A stretch of DNA of 64,000 nt from Octopus sinensis (GCF_006345805.1 NC_043003.1:32984001-33048000), one strand, 5' to 3'; positions 12,668 to 25,574 are shown, counted from the first letter of the stretch. Program-made: numbers and translations. Notes: generated by a model from the letters alone, not told the origin.

Positions 12668-12930
12668 CATACAAATTCAGGTTTATACCAGTAATTATTG
12701 GGGACGTGGGATATGTAACACACTGCCTAAATAACAATCTTGAGAAATTAGGTATCTCAAAACCAAAAAGGAGAAAGCTAATTCAAAGGCTACAGTTCCA
12801 ATCCATCATTGGATCTGAAGACGTCTGTAAAACTTTCCAGAAGTTTATCATTTAAATATATATGAGCATGTCTAGATATGTAACTCTAGGCATGAGAATA
12901 CATACATAAAACATACAACACTGCACATAC
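12668..12930 (+). mobile_element. 5'-truncated R4/Dong-like element 3' end embedded in (TACA)n
   Basis: ORF YKFRFIPVIIGDVGYVTHCLNNNLEKLG...VCKTFQKFII (RLE C-terminus), short 3' UTR, TACA repeats on both sides. Confidence 0.75.
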
Positions 12931-13029
12931 ATGCATGTATGCATGCGTACATGCATACGTACATACATACATGCATACATAGATACATACATACATACAT
13001 ACAAACAAAAATACCCTGTTGTTGATTTT

Positions 13030-13078
13030 GAAATTCCAATGAAGGAACATTAGATCTAGGTTAGAAACCGGTTCTTTC
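13030..13078 (+). ncRNA. Decayed minimal type I hammerhead-like motif
   Basis: CCAATGA (13036-42) ... GAAAC-CG-GTT (13064-73), ACCGGT palindrome; island flanked by (TACA)n. Confidence 0.35.
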
Positions 13079-13148
13079 TCTATTGGCAAGAAATCTTGAA
13101 TTAACCTAAATAATGACTTACATACATACGCACATGTACATACATACA

Positions 13149-13183
<35 letters not shown>

Positions 13184-13389
13184 GTTCAGTTATAATAAAA
13201 ACAATTTTACATTATTTGAATGGGTACCACATACTTTTGAAGAGTACTAATTTATTATTTTGTAACAAGAATATTGACAGTAGCATTGAAGTTACTACCA
13301 GCTCAACCATCATTACACAGTTTAGAAAAGAATATATATATATATATTATATATATATATATATATTATATATATATATATATATATTG

Positions 13390-13580
13390 ATTAAATTAAT
13401 ACATAATTAAAAAGGGACTAAACATTTTAGGCAATGAAATTGAAATAATATAAAAATATAAATATAAATAAAGGGCGAAGTGGTAACCTTTTTTTATATT
13501 TATATTTATATTTTTGTTTATATTATTTTAGTTTCATTGCCTAGCCGCTTTTATTATGCATTAAATTAATCCACATATTT
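13390..13580. repeat. ~190-bp foldback hairpin island between two (TA)n tracts
   Basis: taggcaatgaaattgaaataatata..aaaatataaatataaata pairs with tatttatatttatattttt..tatattattttagtttcattgccta; outer arms ttaatacataattaaaag / cttttattatgcattaa. Confidence 0.8.
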
Positions 13581-13613
13581 TCTACATTCGACTTCACTCG
13601 TATTACCCTTTTG

Positions 13614-13648
<35 letters not shown>

Positions 13649-13876
13649 CAGGGAATTATGAAGGTTACTCTGCTTACTATGCATAAAATGCAGAATATTT
13701 TATTCTTTTGTAGATTAGGCAGGCATGGTTCGACCCTGATTTTCAGGCTTAGTATTTATGCTGCGCATGGTACTGCTGTAGTACACGTGCTGCGTACACT
13801 CCTACAACACCGTTTTCTTTACGTGCTATAAAGGTAGAAGTAAATCTGTCTTTAACTTAGTCTCGCGCCTGTTGCG

Positions 13877-13920
<44 letters not shown>

Positions 13921-14241
13921 TGTTTGAATTTTTGACATGGATCGCTTTCATTGTATTTGCATTTTGCATTACTACATCCTTTCTTTCATTAATTTGTTAT
14001 TACGTAGTTACAGAAATAGGACTAAAATTTGATAATTCAGGTAGTAAAAAAGTGAAAATTTAAAAGTTTTTGTGTAGTCAGCTTAAACATATTATGCATG
14101 TGTGGATATGTGTGTATTTGTGCGTGCGTGTGTGTCTGAGAGCGTGTACGTGTACGTATGTATGCATGTATATATATATATTATATATATATATATATAG
14201 ATAGATACCTACATGCATACATTCATACATATATGTACATT

Positions 14242-14277
<36 letters not shown>

Positions 14278-15384
14278 CATATATACATATGTGTAGAGTG
14301 AAAGAATGTGTGTATGCGCACATACATACATAAAAATATATGTGTACACGCATATATGTATGTGTTTGTTTGTGTGTCTGTGTATGTGAATGTAAGCGAT
14401 ATGAGTGAAAACAATGATAGTGAGAAAGTAGAAAGTAGTTTGGTAGGGAATAGTAAGATAAATTGAGAGATAGCTACACCGACAGATATATATATATATA
14501 TGTATATAGCTAGATAGATAGATAAACAGACAGATAGACTGATAGATAGATAAGCAAGTAGAAACAGACATGTAGACAGCCAAAGAATGATCGATAGATT
14601 GATAGATGAAAAGGAAGTGCAAAAGAAAAAAAGTAAGGTAAAACGAAAGATAGTATCGCAAAAGGATACGGAAAAATACGGAAGTAGATTAGGCATAAGG
14701 AAGCCATGAGAAAAACAGAAAACCAAAGGGAAAGTGAAGGGAAAACAGTGATAGAAGTGCAGAGAGGAGAAAGATAAAATAGATAGAAAGCAAAAAGACG
14801 AAAGTAGAGATGATCGAAACGCATAAGCTGTGTGCTCTGCATTTGCCCGGTTAAAATAAACCACCACCCATTACATATAAATGCACACAAGAAAGAATGG
14901 CAAGAGAAGTTATCGACCTAATGACGAGGGTAATGAAACGTAGCGGAAGTTATAAAAGTTGGAACAAAATCCGGTTCTGGGGAATAGGAGGTGAAGAGTT
15001 CAATGGAAGGATACTTTTAAATGAAGAGAAGCTCATAACCGGAAGTACTGGTATAAAGAGTGTAGGAACGGCGAAAAGAAAGTGTAACCTCGAGTCGTAG
15101 GCATTCGCGTTTCGTCACGTAAAGACGTGAGTGTTAGTGTGCGAGTGTGAGTGTGAGTCTGCGTGTGTCAGTGTCAGTGTGTACGTGTGCCTATGAGTGT
15201 ATGTATATGCATACAGTCTGATATTAAAACATTTATAGTTAAACTGCTGCATTTTACGTGTGGACACATATACACGGGCAGAAAGATTGACACATTCATG
15301 CATTTGCCAGAGGTGATTAAAATGTACGTATGGATAGATTTCGAAGAATGTACGTATTTACAGGAATAGGTGGATATGCGTGTT

Positions 15385-15387
15385 TTC

Positions 15388-15455
<68 letters not shown>

Positions 15456-15497
15456 GTCTATCTGTCTACCTGTCTGTCTGTCTGTGCGTCAGTCCAT

Positions 15498-15561
<64 letters not shown>

Positions 15562-15604
15562 ATATCTGTATGTCTGTGTGTCTGTCTGTCTGTCTGTCCG
15601 TCTG

Positions 15605-15697
<93 letters not shown>

Positions 15698-15826
15698 GTG
15701 TATTTATCGAACACAGAGGCATAAGAAGCTTGCACTTATATATATATATACATACACATCAGGAGATAAATAGATGAAAGGCCACAAACACACACACATA
15801 CCCACACACACACATGTATACATAGA

Positions 15827-15867
<41 letters not shown>

Positions 15868-16028
15868 TTGTGTGTGTGTGTGCTAGCGTGTATATATCTC
15901 TCTACATATACATACATACATACATACACACATACACACACATATCTATCTGTATATATATACATATATATATACATTGTGCATTTTATATACATATATA
16001 CATTTATGTATTTATATTCACACACACA

Positions 16029-16084
<56 letters not shown>

Positions 16085-16096
16085 TACATACATACA

Positions 16097-16129
<33 letters not shown>

Positions 16130-16190
16130 GCACATATCTCTCTGCTATATGCGTGTGTATGTAACGTACATAAACGTTTGAGTGAATGTA
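15385..16190. repeat. Compound (TATC)n/(TA)n/(TACA)n microsatellite block
   Basis: Direct reading. Confidence 0.95.
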
Positions 16191-16649
16191 TGCCTGCGTG
16201 AGTAACTACATACCATGCATTCTCTTCTATCTTCTTTCAATTTCTTCCTTTTGTTACAATTTTAGAAAAAAACTGAAAAATTAAAACAAGGAACTAAAGA
16301 ATAAGAAATGCCATTTAATCCTTTCTACTATTTATCTCTTCTTTGTCGTCATTTTCCTTTCTTCATTCCTTGATTCCATTTAATTTTCTCGCTTACTTAC
16401 TCGAACACCCACCCACTTTTCCCTGTAGCCTTTTCTTTTCTTTTTGCTTTACTTGTTTCTTCTTTTTCTTTGTTTTACTTTACCTATTTTTTTTTACATC
16501 TTTAGAAGTCTGTCTTCTATATTTTCTTTTAATCATTGCTGCAAATTTCCATCTTTTTAAATAAAATAAATATTTCACATAAAAAAACAAAAATGAATAA
16601 TGTGAAGTAGAAAATTTTTAAAAATTTCAAAGAAATAAAATAATATTTA

Positions 16650-16772
16650 AAATGTATTATATATAAAATATACATTATATAATGCATAAAATATATAATA
16701 ACATTATATATATGCATATATATATATATAAATATATATAACATTATATATACATATATATATATATATATC

Positions 16773-16805
<33 letters not shown>

Positions 16806-16807
16806 TA

Positions 16808-16847
<40 letters not shown>

Positions 16848-16876
16848 ATATATATATATATATGTATATATATATG

Positions 16877-16908
<32 letters not shown>

Positions 16909-17120
16909 TCTATATATATATGTATATATATATATATTATATATATATATATATATGTATCTCTCTCTATATATATATGTATATATATATATATATATAT
17001 ATAGTTCGCAAAATCCCCATCCTCACCAAATAAGAGATATAACAACTGACAAACATTTCAAACCTACAATTTAATTTGTATTATAATTATTTTTTTAAAA
17101 CTCCATTTCTTTAATATGTA

Positions 17121-17163
<43 letters not shown>

Positions 17164-17220
17164 TATTATTTTATTATTATTATCATTATTATTATTATTA
17201 TCATCGCCATTATTATTTAT
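16650..17220. repeat. (TA)n and (TTA)n microsatellites
   Basis: Direct reading. Confidence 0.9.
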
Positions 17221-17429
17221 ATATTTATTTATTTAATTTTTCTTTTGATTTCTCCCTCCTTTATTAAATGGTATTTTTCAAAAATAATTTTACGCTTTTA
17301 TTTATTGATTTATTATTTTTTCGCTATTATTTTATATATATGTTTTTTGATATTTTCCCCACTGTTGTAAAATGTCTAAATGAGATTACTATTATTTTTT
17401 TTCATACTTACCAACCAGCATCATAATGA

Positions 17430-17469
17430 AATCATCATCATCATCATCATCATCACCGTCACCATCACC

Positions 17470-17501
<32 letters not shown>

Positions 17502-17885
17502 CATCATCATTATCATCATCGCCAATGTCAATTCCATCTTCATCTGCATCATCACCACCCATCATCAACATCATTCTTCAATCATCATTATCAACATCAT
17601 TCAGCATTATCATCATTGTTATTTATCATCATCATTACCATCTTCCTCATTATATCCCTAACCACCATCACGACCACCACTAACACCATCACACTCATCA
17701 CAACCACAGCCATCATAAGCACCATTACCACCACCACCACCACCACCACCATCACTGCCATCACAGTCACGACCAGCACTACTACTACGATCGTCATCAT
17801 CATCATCATCGTCATCATCATCATCATCGTCATCACCATCATCGTCATCATCATCATCATCGTCATCAGCATCATCATCATCATC

Positions 17886-17917
<32 letters not shown>

Positions 17918-18282
17918 CGTCATCATCATCATCATCATTGTCATCATCATCACCACTCATACCACCATTATCACTTCCAGTACCATTCACCATCAGCATC
18001 ACTACTTCTATTCCTCATAATACTCATAGCACCGCTACCACTGTAATCAACATTATGAATATTCCCCTCTTCGTTACCACCTCTGACACCAGCAACATGA
18101 CAGCGCCCCCATAAAGCATAATCATCAATACTATCCTCATGATCACCATTTCTGCCTTCATTATCATCCTCACCATCGTCGTCATGATCATCATGATCAT
18201 CATGATCATCATCATCATCATCATCATCATCATCTCCACCACCACCACCACCATCACCACCAACAACGATATCATCCTTATT

Positions 18283-18317
<35 letters not shown>

Positions 18318-18720
18318 ATCGTCATCATCATCCCCACAGCCATCACCATCGACACCATCATCATAATCATGATAATTTCCATCACCACTAATACCTTCAT
18401 CATCATCATTATCGTTACTGTAGTCATCGTCATCATCACATCAGAATTATCATCATCATCATCATCAACACATACAGCTCGCAGCATTACAATCACCACC
18501 ACCACCACGACCACCACCACCATCTCCACCACCACCACCAGCACCATCATTACTACCACTACGCTCGCTATTACTATCACCATCAACACTTCCACCGTCA
18601 CCACCACCATCACCACCACCACCACCGTTACCACCACCACCACCGTACCCACCACCACCGTTACCACCACCACCACCACACCTCCCCCACCACCACCATT
18701 TCCTCTTTTCATAATCTTTA
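17430..18720. repeat. ~1.3-kb degenerate (CAT)n/(CAC)n trinucleotide field
   Basis: Direct reading; produces the poly-I/S/H/T/D/M ORFs. Confidence 0.95.
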
Positions 18721-19215
18721 TTATCATCAACCCGCTCTTCTCCTCTAACAATTTCTCCTCCTCTCCCACCCTCTCCACCTAGTTGCATTAACAAATAAAA
18801 TCCAGATCGAAGTGAAAATAATAGCGAGGCCAGAAATTTACATTTATCATTAAGGTACTCTTGCAAATACTTTGTTCTCCACTTATATTTATTATACATC
18901 CAGTAATCGCCCTTCTTCCCCATCACCATTTCTTGGGAGGGCGTGTGTTTCTATTTATGTGCTTCTATGTATGTGTACGTGTGTGTGTGTGCGCTTGTAT
19001 ATATATGTATCATTGCGAGTGTATGTCAGGAGTGCTTCTTCACATCTATACAGCCTTTCCATAATGTGTATAAACATTTGTATGTATGTATGTATGTACG
19101 TAAATATATTGTCAATTCTTCTTCTTTTCTTCTTCTTTTCTTCTTCTTCTTCTTCTTCTTCTTCTTCTTCTTCTTCTTCTTCTTCTTCTTCTTCTTCTCT
19201 GGAAACATAGGTGTT

Positions 19216-19345
19216 GAGTGAGAGAGCAGTTCATGTCATTAAAGTGACACTGGGGTAAAATATACGAAGCCCAGTATACCCATCATGACTACCCGTCTGA
19301 TAAGGGTACACTAGGCACATGCATCACAACCATATGTGCGCGACA
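19216..19345 (-). mobile_element. Fragment of non-coding (TAA)n-tailed retroelement family
   Basis: Direct repeat of 19453-19580 (aaagtgacactgg..agcccagtatacccatcatgactacccgtctgataagggtacac). Confidence 0.8.
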
Positions 19346-19359
19346 TAATAATAATAATA

Positions 19360-19448
<89 letters not shown>

Positions 19449-19980
19449 TTAGAATGAGAGAGGAGTGCATGCCATCAAAGTGACACTGGAGTAAAATATA
19501 GGAAGCCCAGTATACCCATCATGACTACCCGTCTGATAAGGGTACACCATGCACATGCATCACAACCATATGAGCGCGTATGGTGATCTCATATCAAAAT
19601 TAACAGCGCATGACCTTGCAGGTGGAGCCCAGTTAGAATTTTCTTCTTCATCCGCTCAAAAGTTTCCTGAATAAGGGTTGTTTAAGGATGTTGAACGAAA
19701 CACCTATGTTTCCAAAAGTGAATTACCCTAATCCCAGAGAATTCCTTTCAACACGTGGCTATGATATGCACCCCCACTATTTCTGCGCGTGTTTAGAGAT
19801 GCGCATATCGTCAAGCACTAAGGGACATGGTAAAATGGTTAAGGTCAAACAACCGACAAGCAAGTCTGTGGTATTGAGCAGAATATTGCAGTAGCCCATC
19901 TTTTATACCAGAACATAGCAATGTACATTTCCAATCAGTTAAAATGAGAAGCCATGAATGCCACTGCCTGGAACTGCATC
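19449..19980 (-). mobile_element. ~530-bp non-coding retroelement (SINE-like or long 3' UTR) ending in (TAA)n
   Basis: Minus strand ends ...gtgtcactttgatggcatgcactcctctctcattctaaaa(taa)n; homologous 3' end at 41764-41880 also followed by TAA repeats. Confidence 0.65.
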
Positions 19981-20017
19981 AGTGCATCATCATCATCATC
20001 ATCATCATCATCGTCAA

Positions 20018-20110
<93 letters not shown>

Positions 20111-20141
20111 CATTATTATTATTATTATCATTATTATTATT

Positions 20142-21556
20142 GCCTTTGCACAGCTGCTAACGCTGAAGATGTATTACAGTGTCAGCTGTTCACTACCAGT
20201 GAACTAAGGTAACACCTCTTATATTTCGAGTACCTTCCGGAATATTCAAGCGGTTCCAAACAGTGCTGTTTTCGGAAAGTGCTCCACCCTCATTGCCGCT
20301 TCTATTTGTTCCACGTACTTCTCGAGATTTTTGCTCACTGTTCCCAGGGCTCCGACAATTATTGGTACTATTGCTACCTTTCTATCGACAACAACTGCTT
20401 AACTCCCCAAGCTAACCTGTCATATATGTCGACTTTTCTTTCTTCCTCATCGCATACCTTGTTGTCAGCTGGGCATGCTATATCTATGATCCAGCATAGT
20501 TTGTTTTCTTTCTCAATTAAGACTATGTCCGGCTTCCTATCCTCTATCTCATGGTCGCACTGAATCATAAAATCCCATAGGATCTTTGCATTTCTCTTTT
20601 CGATGATGCCTTCAGGTTTGTGATTTTACCAAGTTTTTGCTCTGTCAAGTCCATACTTTTTACGAAGTATCCAATGGACAAGCCTGGCTATATTTTCACT
20701 GAGTCTCTTATATTCCTTCTGGGCTAGTGGCGTACATTGGCAGGTAATATGCCATACGGTTTCACCGTTTTGTCCACAGATTCTGCACTTATTACTTTCT
20801 GCTGTGTTGTCTATTCTGTATATTATGTAGTTTGTTCTTAGTGCTTGCTCTTGGGCAGCACAGATAGGAGCCTCCGTTACCGGTTTTAAATCACTTTTAG
20901 TCATCCACAGCCATATTTTACTTTGTCTGTCTTATCTTCAACATTCCTATGAAATTGACCATGCATTCTTTTCTTTACCCACCTATTTTCAGTTTCTTCG
21001 TTTTCAATTTCTTATATAGTGCTTTATCTTTGCAATCGTTCATTCTACACAAACCTGACTTTCTTACCCCTAATAATAGCAGTTCAGTGGCATTTTTTAC
21101 ATACCATGCTATGTTGTTTTCCTCTGCTCTAATGCTGTGTTCGCTTCCAATGATTCCTCTTCCCCCTTTTTTTCTTGGTGCATACAGTCTGTCTGTGTCA
21201 CTTTTTGGGTGGAGTGACCCATATCTAGTTAGCAACTTCCTTGTCTTTCTGTCTAAGCTGTTTAGTTAGTCTACTATCCATGCGAGTACCCTTGCGCCAT
21301 ATCTAAGGAGTGAAACCGCCCAGGTGTTGATAGCTTCGATCCTATTCCGTCCATATAATTTCGACTTTAGGATCAGTCTCAGTCTGCGCAAGTACTCCAC
21401 TTTAAATTTTTCTGTCATTCTCCATCAATTTATCTATTTCCAAAATCCCCAAGCACTTATAGCCCGTCTCTTCAATCTGCTTCATACCCTCCCCCGATTG
21501 TATCGTTAGTCCGTTCATGCATTTGATTTTGCCTCTCTTCAAGACTGACACACAAC
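20142..21556 (-). mobile_element. 5'-truncated R4/Dong-like RLE non-LTR retrotransposon
   Basis: RT thumb (HPKSDTDRLYAPRKKGGRG), CCHC knuckle (CRICGQNGETVWHITCQC), RLE (DRKPDIVLIEK..IIDIACP), 3' UTR then (TAA)n tail; TAA repeats at both ends. Confidence 0.9.
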
Positions 21557-21616
<60 letters not shown>

Positions 21617-21655
21617 CATCATCATCATCATCATCATTATTATTATTATTATTCA

Positions 21656-23135
21656 CTAGTTTTTTTTATAACGTGCTTTCACTTCACTACCGAGCGCAAA
21701 TCTTGTGCCTTGGGTATGTGCTGTGGTTTGCTGTGATGCTCTTATAATTACTGCACTGAAAGTGTTTTGCATAGGATTTGTGCAGTGCCCTATAGTGCAA
21801 TTTTCTGCATGTTGTATATAGTTGTAAGTTCTGGTGTTTTTATTATGTATTTGTCTGAATATTCGCTTTATCATACCTAATATGCTCACTATAATAGGAA
21901 TTGTTTCTGTTTTTAGATTCCGCATTCGAGCTACCTCTATTACCAGGTCTTTGTATTTTGAAAGTTTCTCCATTTCTTTTAGAAACACGTTGTCATCTAC
22001 TGACATTGATACATCAATTAGAAAGCATTTTCCCTTCATGATCTCTGACAACTATATCTAGCCTATTGGCCTTAATTTCTCTATCTGTGTATTGGCATAT
22101 CCCATGGTATGATTGTTTTCTCGTTTTCTGTGACCTTTTCTGGTGTGTGCCTATACCATCTTTTTTCTGTTGTTATTCCATAGTGTTGGTATAGCTTCCA
22201 GTGTATGTAGACCCCCATCTCTGTCGTGCCTGTGAATAAATTTCTTCTTAGCCAGGATTGGGCAGCCAGAGATAATATGATTTATTGTTACTTGCCCATC
22301 TCCATATATTCTGCAGTTACTTATGTTTTTTTCATTATATGTTTTTGGTAATTTCTGGTGGAGAGGCTTTGGTCTTGTGCTGCAATTAAAAACCCTTCAG
22401 TCTCTGCTTTTAGTCCTGAGCTTCTCAACAAATTGCTGGGATTTTTCTCTGTCTATTTCTTTTGTGTTTAGTTTAGCGTAGTATTTGCCATGCAAGGGCT
22501 TTTCTTGCCATTGTTTTATCAAAGCCCGTTACTGTTCTAGCTTTAGTTTGGATTTCTTTTGTTTTATAGCTTTTTGTTGTTTCTTCTTCTTCTTCTTCTT
22601 CTTCTTCTTCTTCTTCTTCTTCTTCTTCTTCTTCTTCTTCTTCTTCTTCTTCTTCTTCTTCTTCTTCTTCTTCTTCTTCTTCTTCTTCTTCTTCTTCTTC
22701 TTCTTCTTCTTCTTCTTCATATTTGCTAGGTAGTATGAATTCTGGTTTGTATTTGTCAGCTTCCTTAAATACTGAAAACAGTTTTTTGTTTTACTCGTGC
22801 TTTGTAGCTCTTTGTATTAGTTTTTCTTGCTTCTGAAGTGGATATTCTTGAAATCCTAAAGTAGATATACTTGAAGTCCTTCCACATTCTATATGTTGTG
22901 TATATAGCCTTTCTATGTCAGATTTTGGGTGGTGCATCCTGGATCATGTCATTATTTTTCTTGTTTGCCTGTCTATTTTGGTTAGTTCATTTAGTGTCCA
23001 GTTAAGGATATTGTAGCTGCAACTTATAACTGGGACGGCTAGAGTGTTGATACCTATTATCTTGTCTTTAGCATTGAGCTCTGTTTTCAGTATTGATCTA
23101 ACTCGTATTCTTTCTTTATTTTCTCTTTCATTTGT
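21656..23135 (-). mobile_element. Second 5'-truncated R4/Dong-like element (different subfamily)
   Basis: ILKTELNAKDKIIGINTL, KPLHGKYY, CRICGDGQVTINHIISGC, CFLIDVSMSVDDNVFLKEMEKLSKYKDL; 3' UTR then TAA tail; interrupted by a (GAA)n run. Confidence 0.9.
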
Positions 23136-23289
23136 GTGTGTGTTGTATCGTATTTAGTTCATTGATTCCTAAATTATTGTATGTCTGGCTTTGGTCTAAT
23201 TCTCTTATTTCATTAGCTTTGTCTAGTGTGATATTGCTACTCTTAACTAGTTTTCCTCCTTTTCTTCTCCTGTCAAGGTTGATTCAAGG

Positions 23290-23362
<73 letters not shown>

Positions 23363-23532
23363 CATTCTTCTTGTTCTTCCTTTTTTCTTCTTGTTCTTGT
23401 TCTTCTTCTTCTTCTCCTCATTCTTCTTATTAATATTATTATTATTATTATTATTTATGACGTCGCACGTGATGTTGATATTGCGTCTACTGGGGGTTTG
23501 TATTGTTTGTCAAGTCACAACAAGGACCTCAG

Positions 23533-23719
23533 ACTTACACAGATACACAAATACATACGTACTTTCCTAGAAAGATAGATAGATAGATAGACAGAGAGAG
23601 ATAAATAGATAGACAAATATAGATATATGCACACGCATACACATAATTATGCACATGTATACTTATACTTATACATATATATATATGTATGCATGTATAT
23701 GTATATATAAGCATATACG
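23533..23719. repeat. Left arm of ~190-bp inverted repeat (partner 25331-25530)
   Basis: acttacacagatacacaaatacatacgtactttcctag...cacataattatgcaca...aagcatatacg is the reverse complement of the partner. Confidence 0.85.
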
Positions 23720-23769
23720 ACAGACAGTACTTTATGCAATATGCGTTCAGTTCCACGTAATTCCGACTT

Positions 23770-24100
23770 TTGCAATATACCTATATTGTCAGGCAGATTC
23801 AGGACTACTTCGTCAAAACAGAAGCCGTCTTCGCAATAGAATTGAGAAAACCAAGTTTCCTCAGGTAGCTACCCCAACAGAATTATCTACCTTACCAACC
23901 GTACCCAGGGACATTCCTGAGTACAGCTGCGACAATTCAGCAGAACATTTCGTGAACAAGTTGACCAACCGGACACCCAGTTCACTTGCCTACAGGGATG
24001 TCCCACCTGCCAAGTCGTGAAGTCCCAAGCCAGCAGTGTACACCAGGAGTGGTCGGGGAATTCCACCACCAAAGAAACTGTCGTTATGAACTCATAACCT
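23770..24100 (+). mobile_element. Gypsy integrase C-terminal tail fragment
   Basis: QADSGLLRQNRSRLRNR ... YTRSGRGIPPPKKL, resembling RRNRRHL and TRSGR motifs of Gypsy integrase tails. Confidence 0.55.
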
Positions 24101-24149
24101 GAAAGGATGATGTGGTATTATCTCCCTTCGATTAGTCACCTACCATTAC

Positions 24150-24720
24150 GGGAACTCTATAGTTTAAAAGAACACATTCGGATCCCTAATAATAAGAGGC
24201 CATTACTGTGTATGCTTTGCCAGTAAACGAATATATCTCACGCTGAGTTCTCTTTCTATTTATTAACCAATATCGTCAACCTTCGATATACCACAAAGGT
24301 AACGAGCGACGGTATCATGACAGAATCCCATCTGTTTGGATACCTCCTCAGTGGATTGGTGTGGATACTCGTGGATGTACTCGTTCAATCAAATTCTCAT
24401 GGAATTGTACAGCTGGGCCGGGATATGGAGAGTCTGTGGGATTAAATTTCCCTTCTCTGGAGCGGGAAAACCAATTCTATGCAGATGTTTCTACAATAGC
24501 GCCTTCTCCGTATACAGCACAAATGTCTCGAGCCGCTTAACAGCTCTGGAAGCTTGTCTGAGACCGAAAAGAAACAGTTGTCGAAAATGCTTACTTTTTT
24601 CTACTTGACGCTGCATCGTTATGTCTGAATAGGAGGCAAAATGAATTGAGATTTCAAAAACGATAAACAAAAGTTATAAAGGAAGAAAAGATAAAAAATA
24701 TTCCTATACCGTCGCACCTT
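24150..24720 (-). mobile_element. mariner transposase N-terminal fragment
   Basis: Manual translation AARDICAVYGEGAIVETSA*NWFSRSREGKFNPTDSPYPG (mariner HTH). Confidence 0.7.
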
Positions 24721-25180
24721 TCACGCCATAGTTTTGTTGATTAGACGTTGCTCGTTATAACCTCTAATCGCTTTCTGATATCTTCTTATTTAGCTGTAAT
24801 GTTACTGTTAATACCACAGTAATCCTGGCGGAATAACATCAAGTAGGTTGTATACGTTGCATACGTTTAATACTGGCATGTAATTTGCAGGTAGTTCTTC
24901 GCTATTGAATGATTTATTTCAAGCATCAGAAATAGGTGTATCATCTATATATTGTTTCAGCCAATGCTACCCAGCTTCCTATGAAATGTCCAGTATGAAA
25001 TTTTTGCTTAAGATCAATAAGATATCCTCCAGTAACAGGTTAGTTATTTATTCCCATATTCAACAATCAAGACGGCTATTTATTGGTAACAAAACGTTTA
25101 TGCCAACCTGGTTAGCTAGTTTTTATTATGGTTTATGCAAAAACCCTACCTCCGTCTAGCTGTATGTCTATCTCTAAGCA

Positions 25181-25231
<51 letters not shown>

Positions 25232-25267
25232 ATGTGTGTATGTGTGTATACATATATATATATATAT

Positions 25268-25319
<52 letters not shown>

Positions 25320-25330
25320 ATATATATATA

Positions 25331-25382
25331 CGTATATGCTTATATATACATATACATACATACATATACATACATACAATAT

Positions 25383-25421
<39 letters not shown>

Positions 25422-25530
25422 AAGTATATATGTGCATAATTATGTGTATGTGTGTGCATATATCTATATTTGTCTATTATTTTTCTATCTATCTAGGAAA
25501 GTACGTATGTATTTGTGTATCTGTGTAAGT
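25331..25530. repeat. Right arm of inverted repeat (partner 23533-23719)
   Basis: cgtatatgcttatatatac...tgtgcataattatgtgtatg...ctaggaaagtacgtatgtatttgtgtatctgtgtaagt. Confidence 0.85.
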
Positions 25531-25574
25531 ATCTTTGTATGCATATGCATATATATATGTATATATATATATAT

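Noticed and set aside
13725-13770. Minus-strand CTGAAAA tcagggtc GAAC catg
   Set aside because: Both boxes deviate; not distinguishable from chance without a consensus
14805-14950. gatgatcGAAACGCATAagct and ATGACGAgggtaatGAAACGTAg
   Set aside because: Suggestive of PLE termini, but first boxes are incomplete and no stem II or stem I can be built
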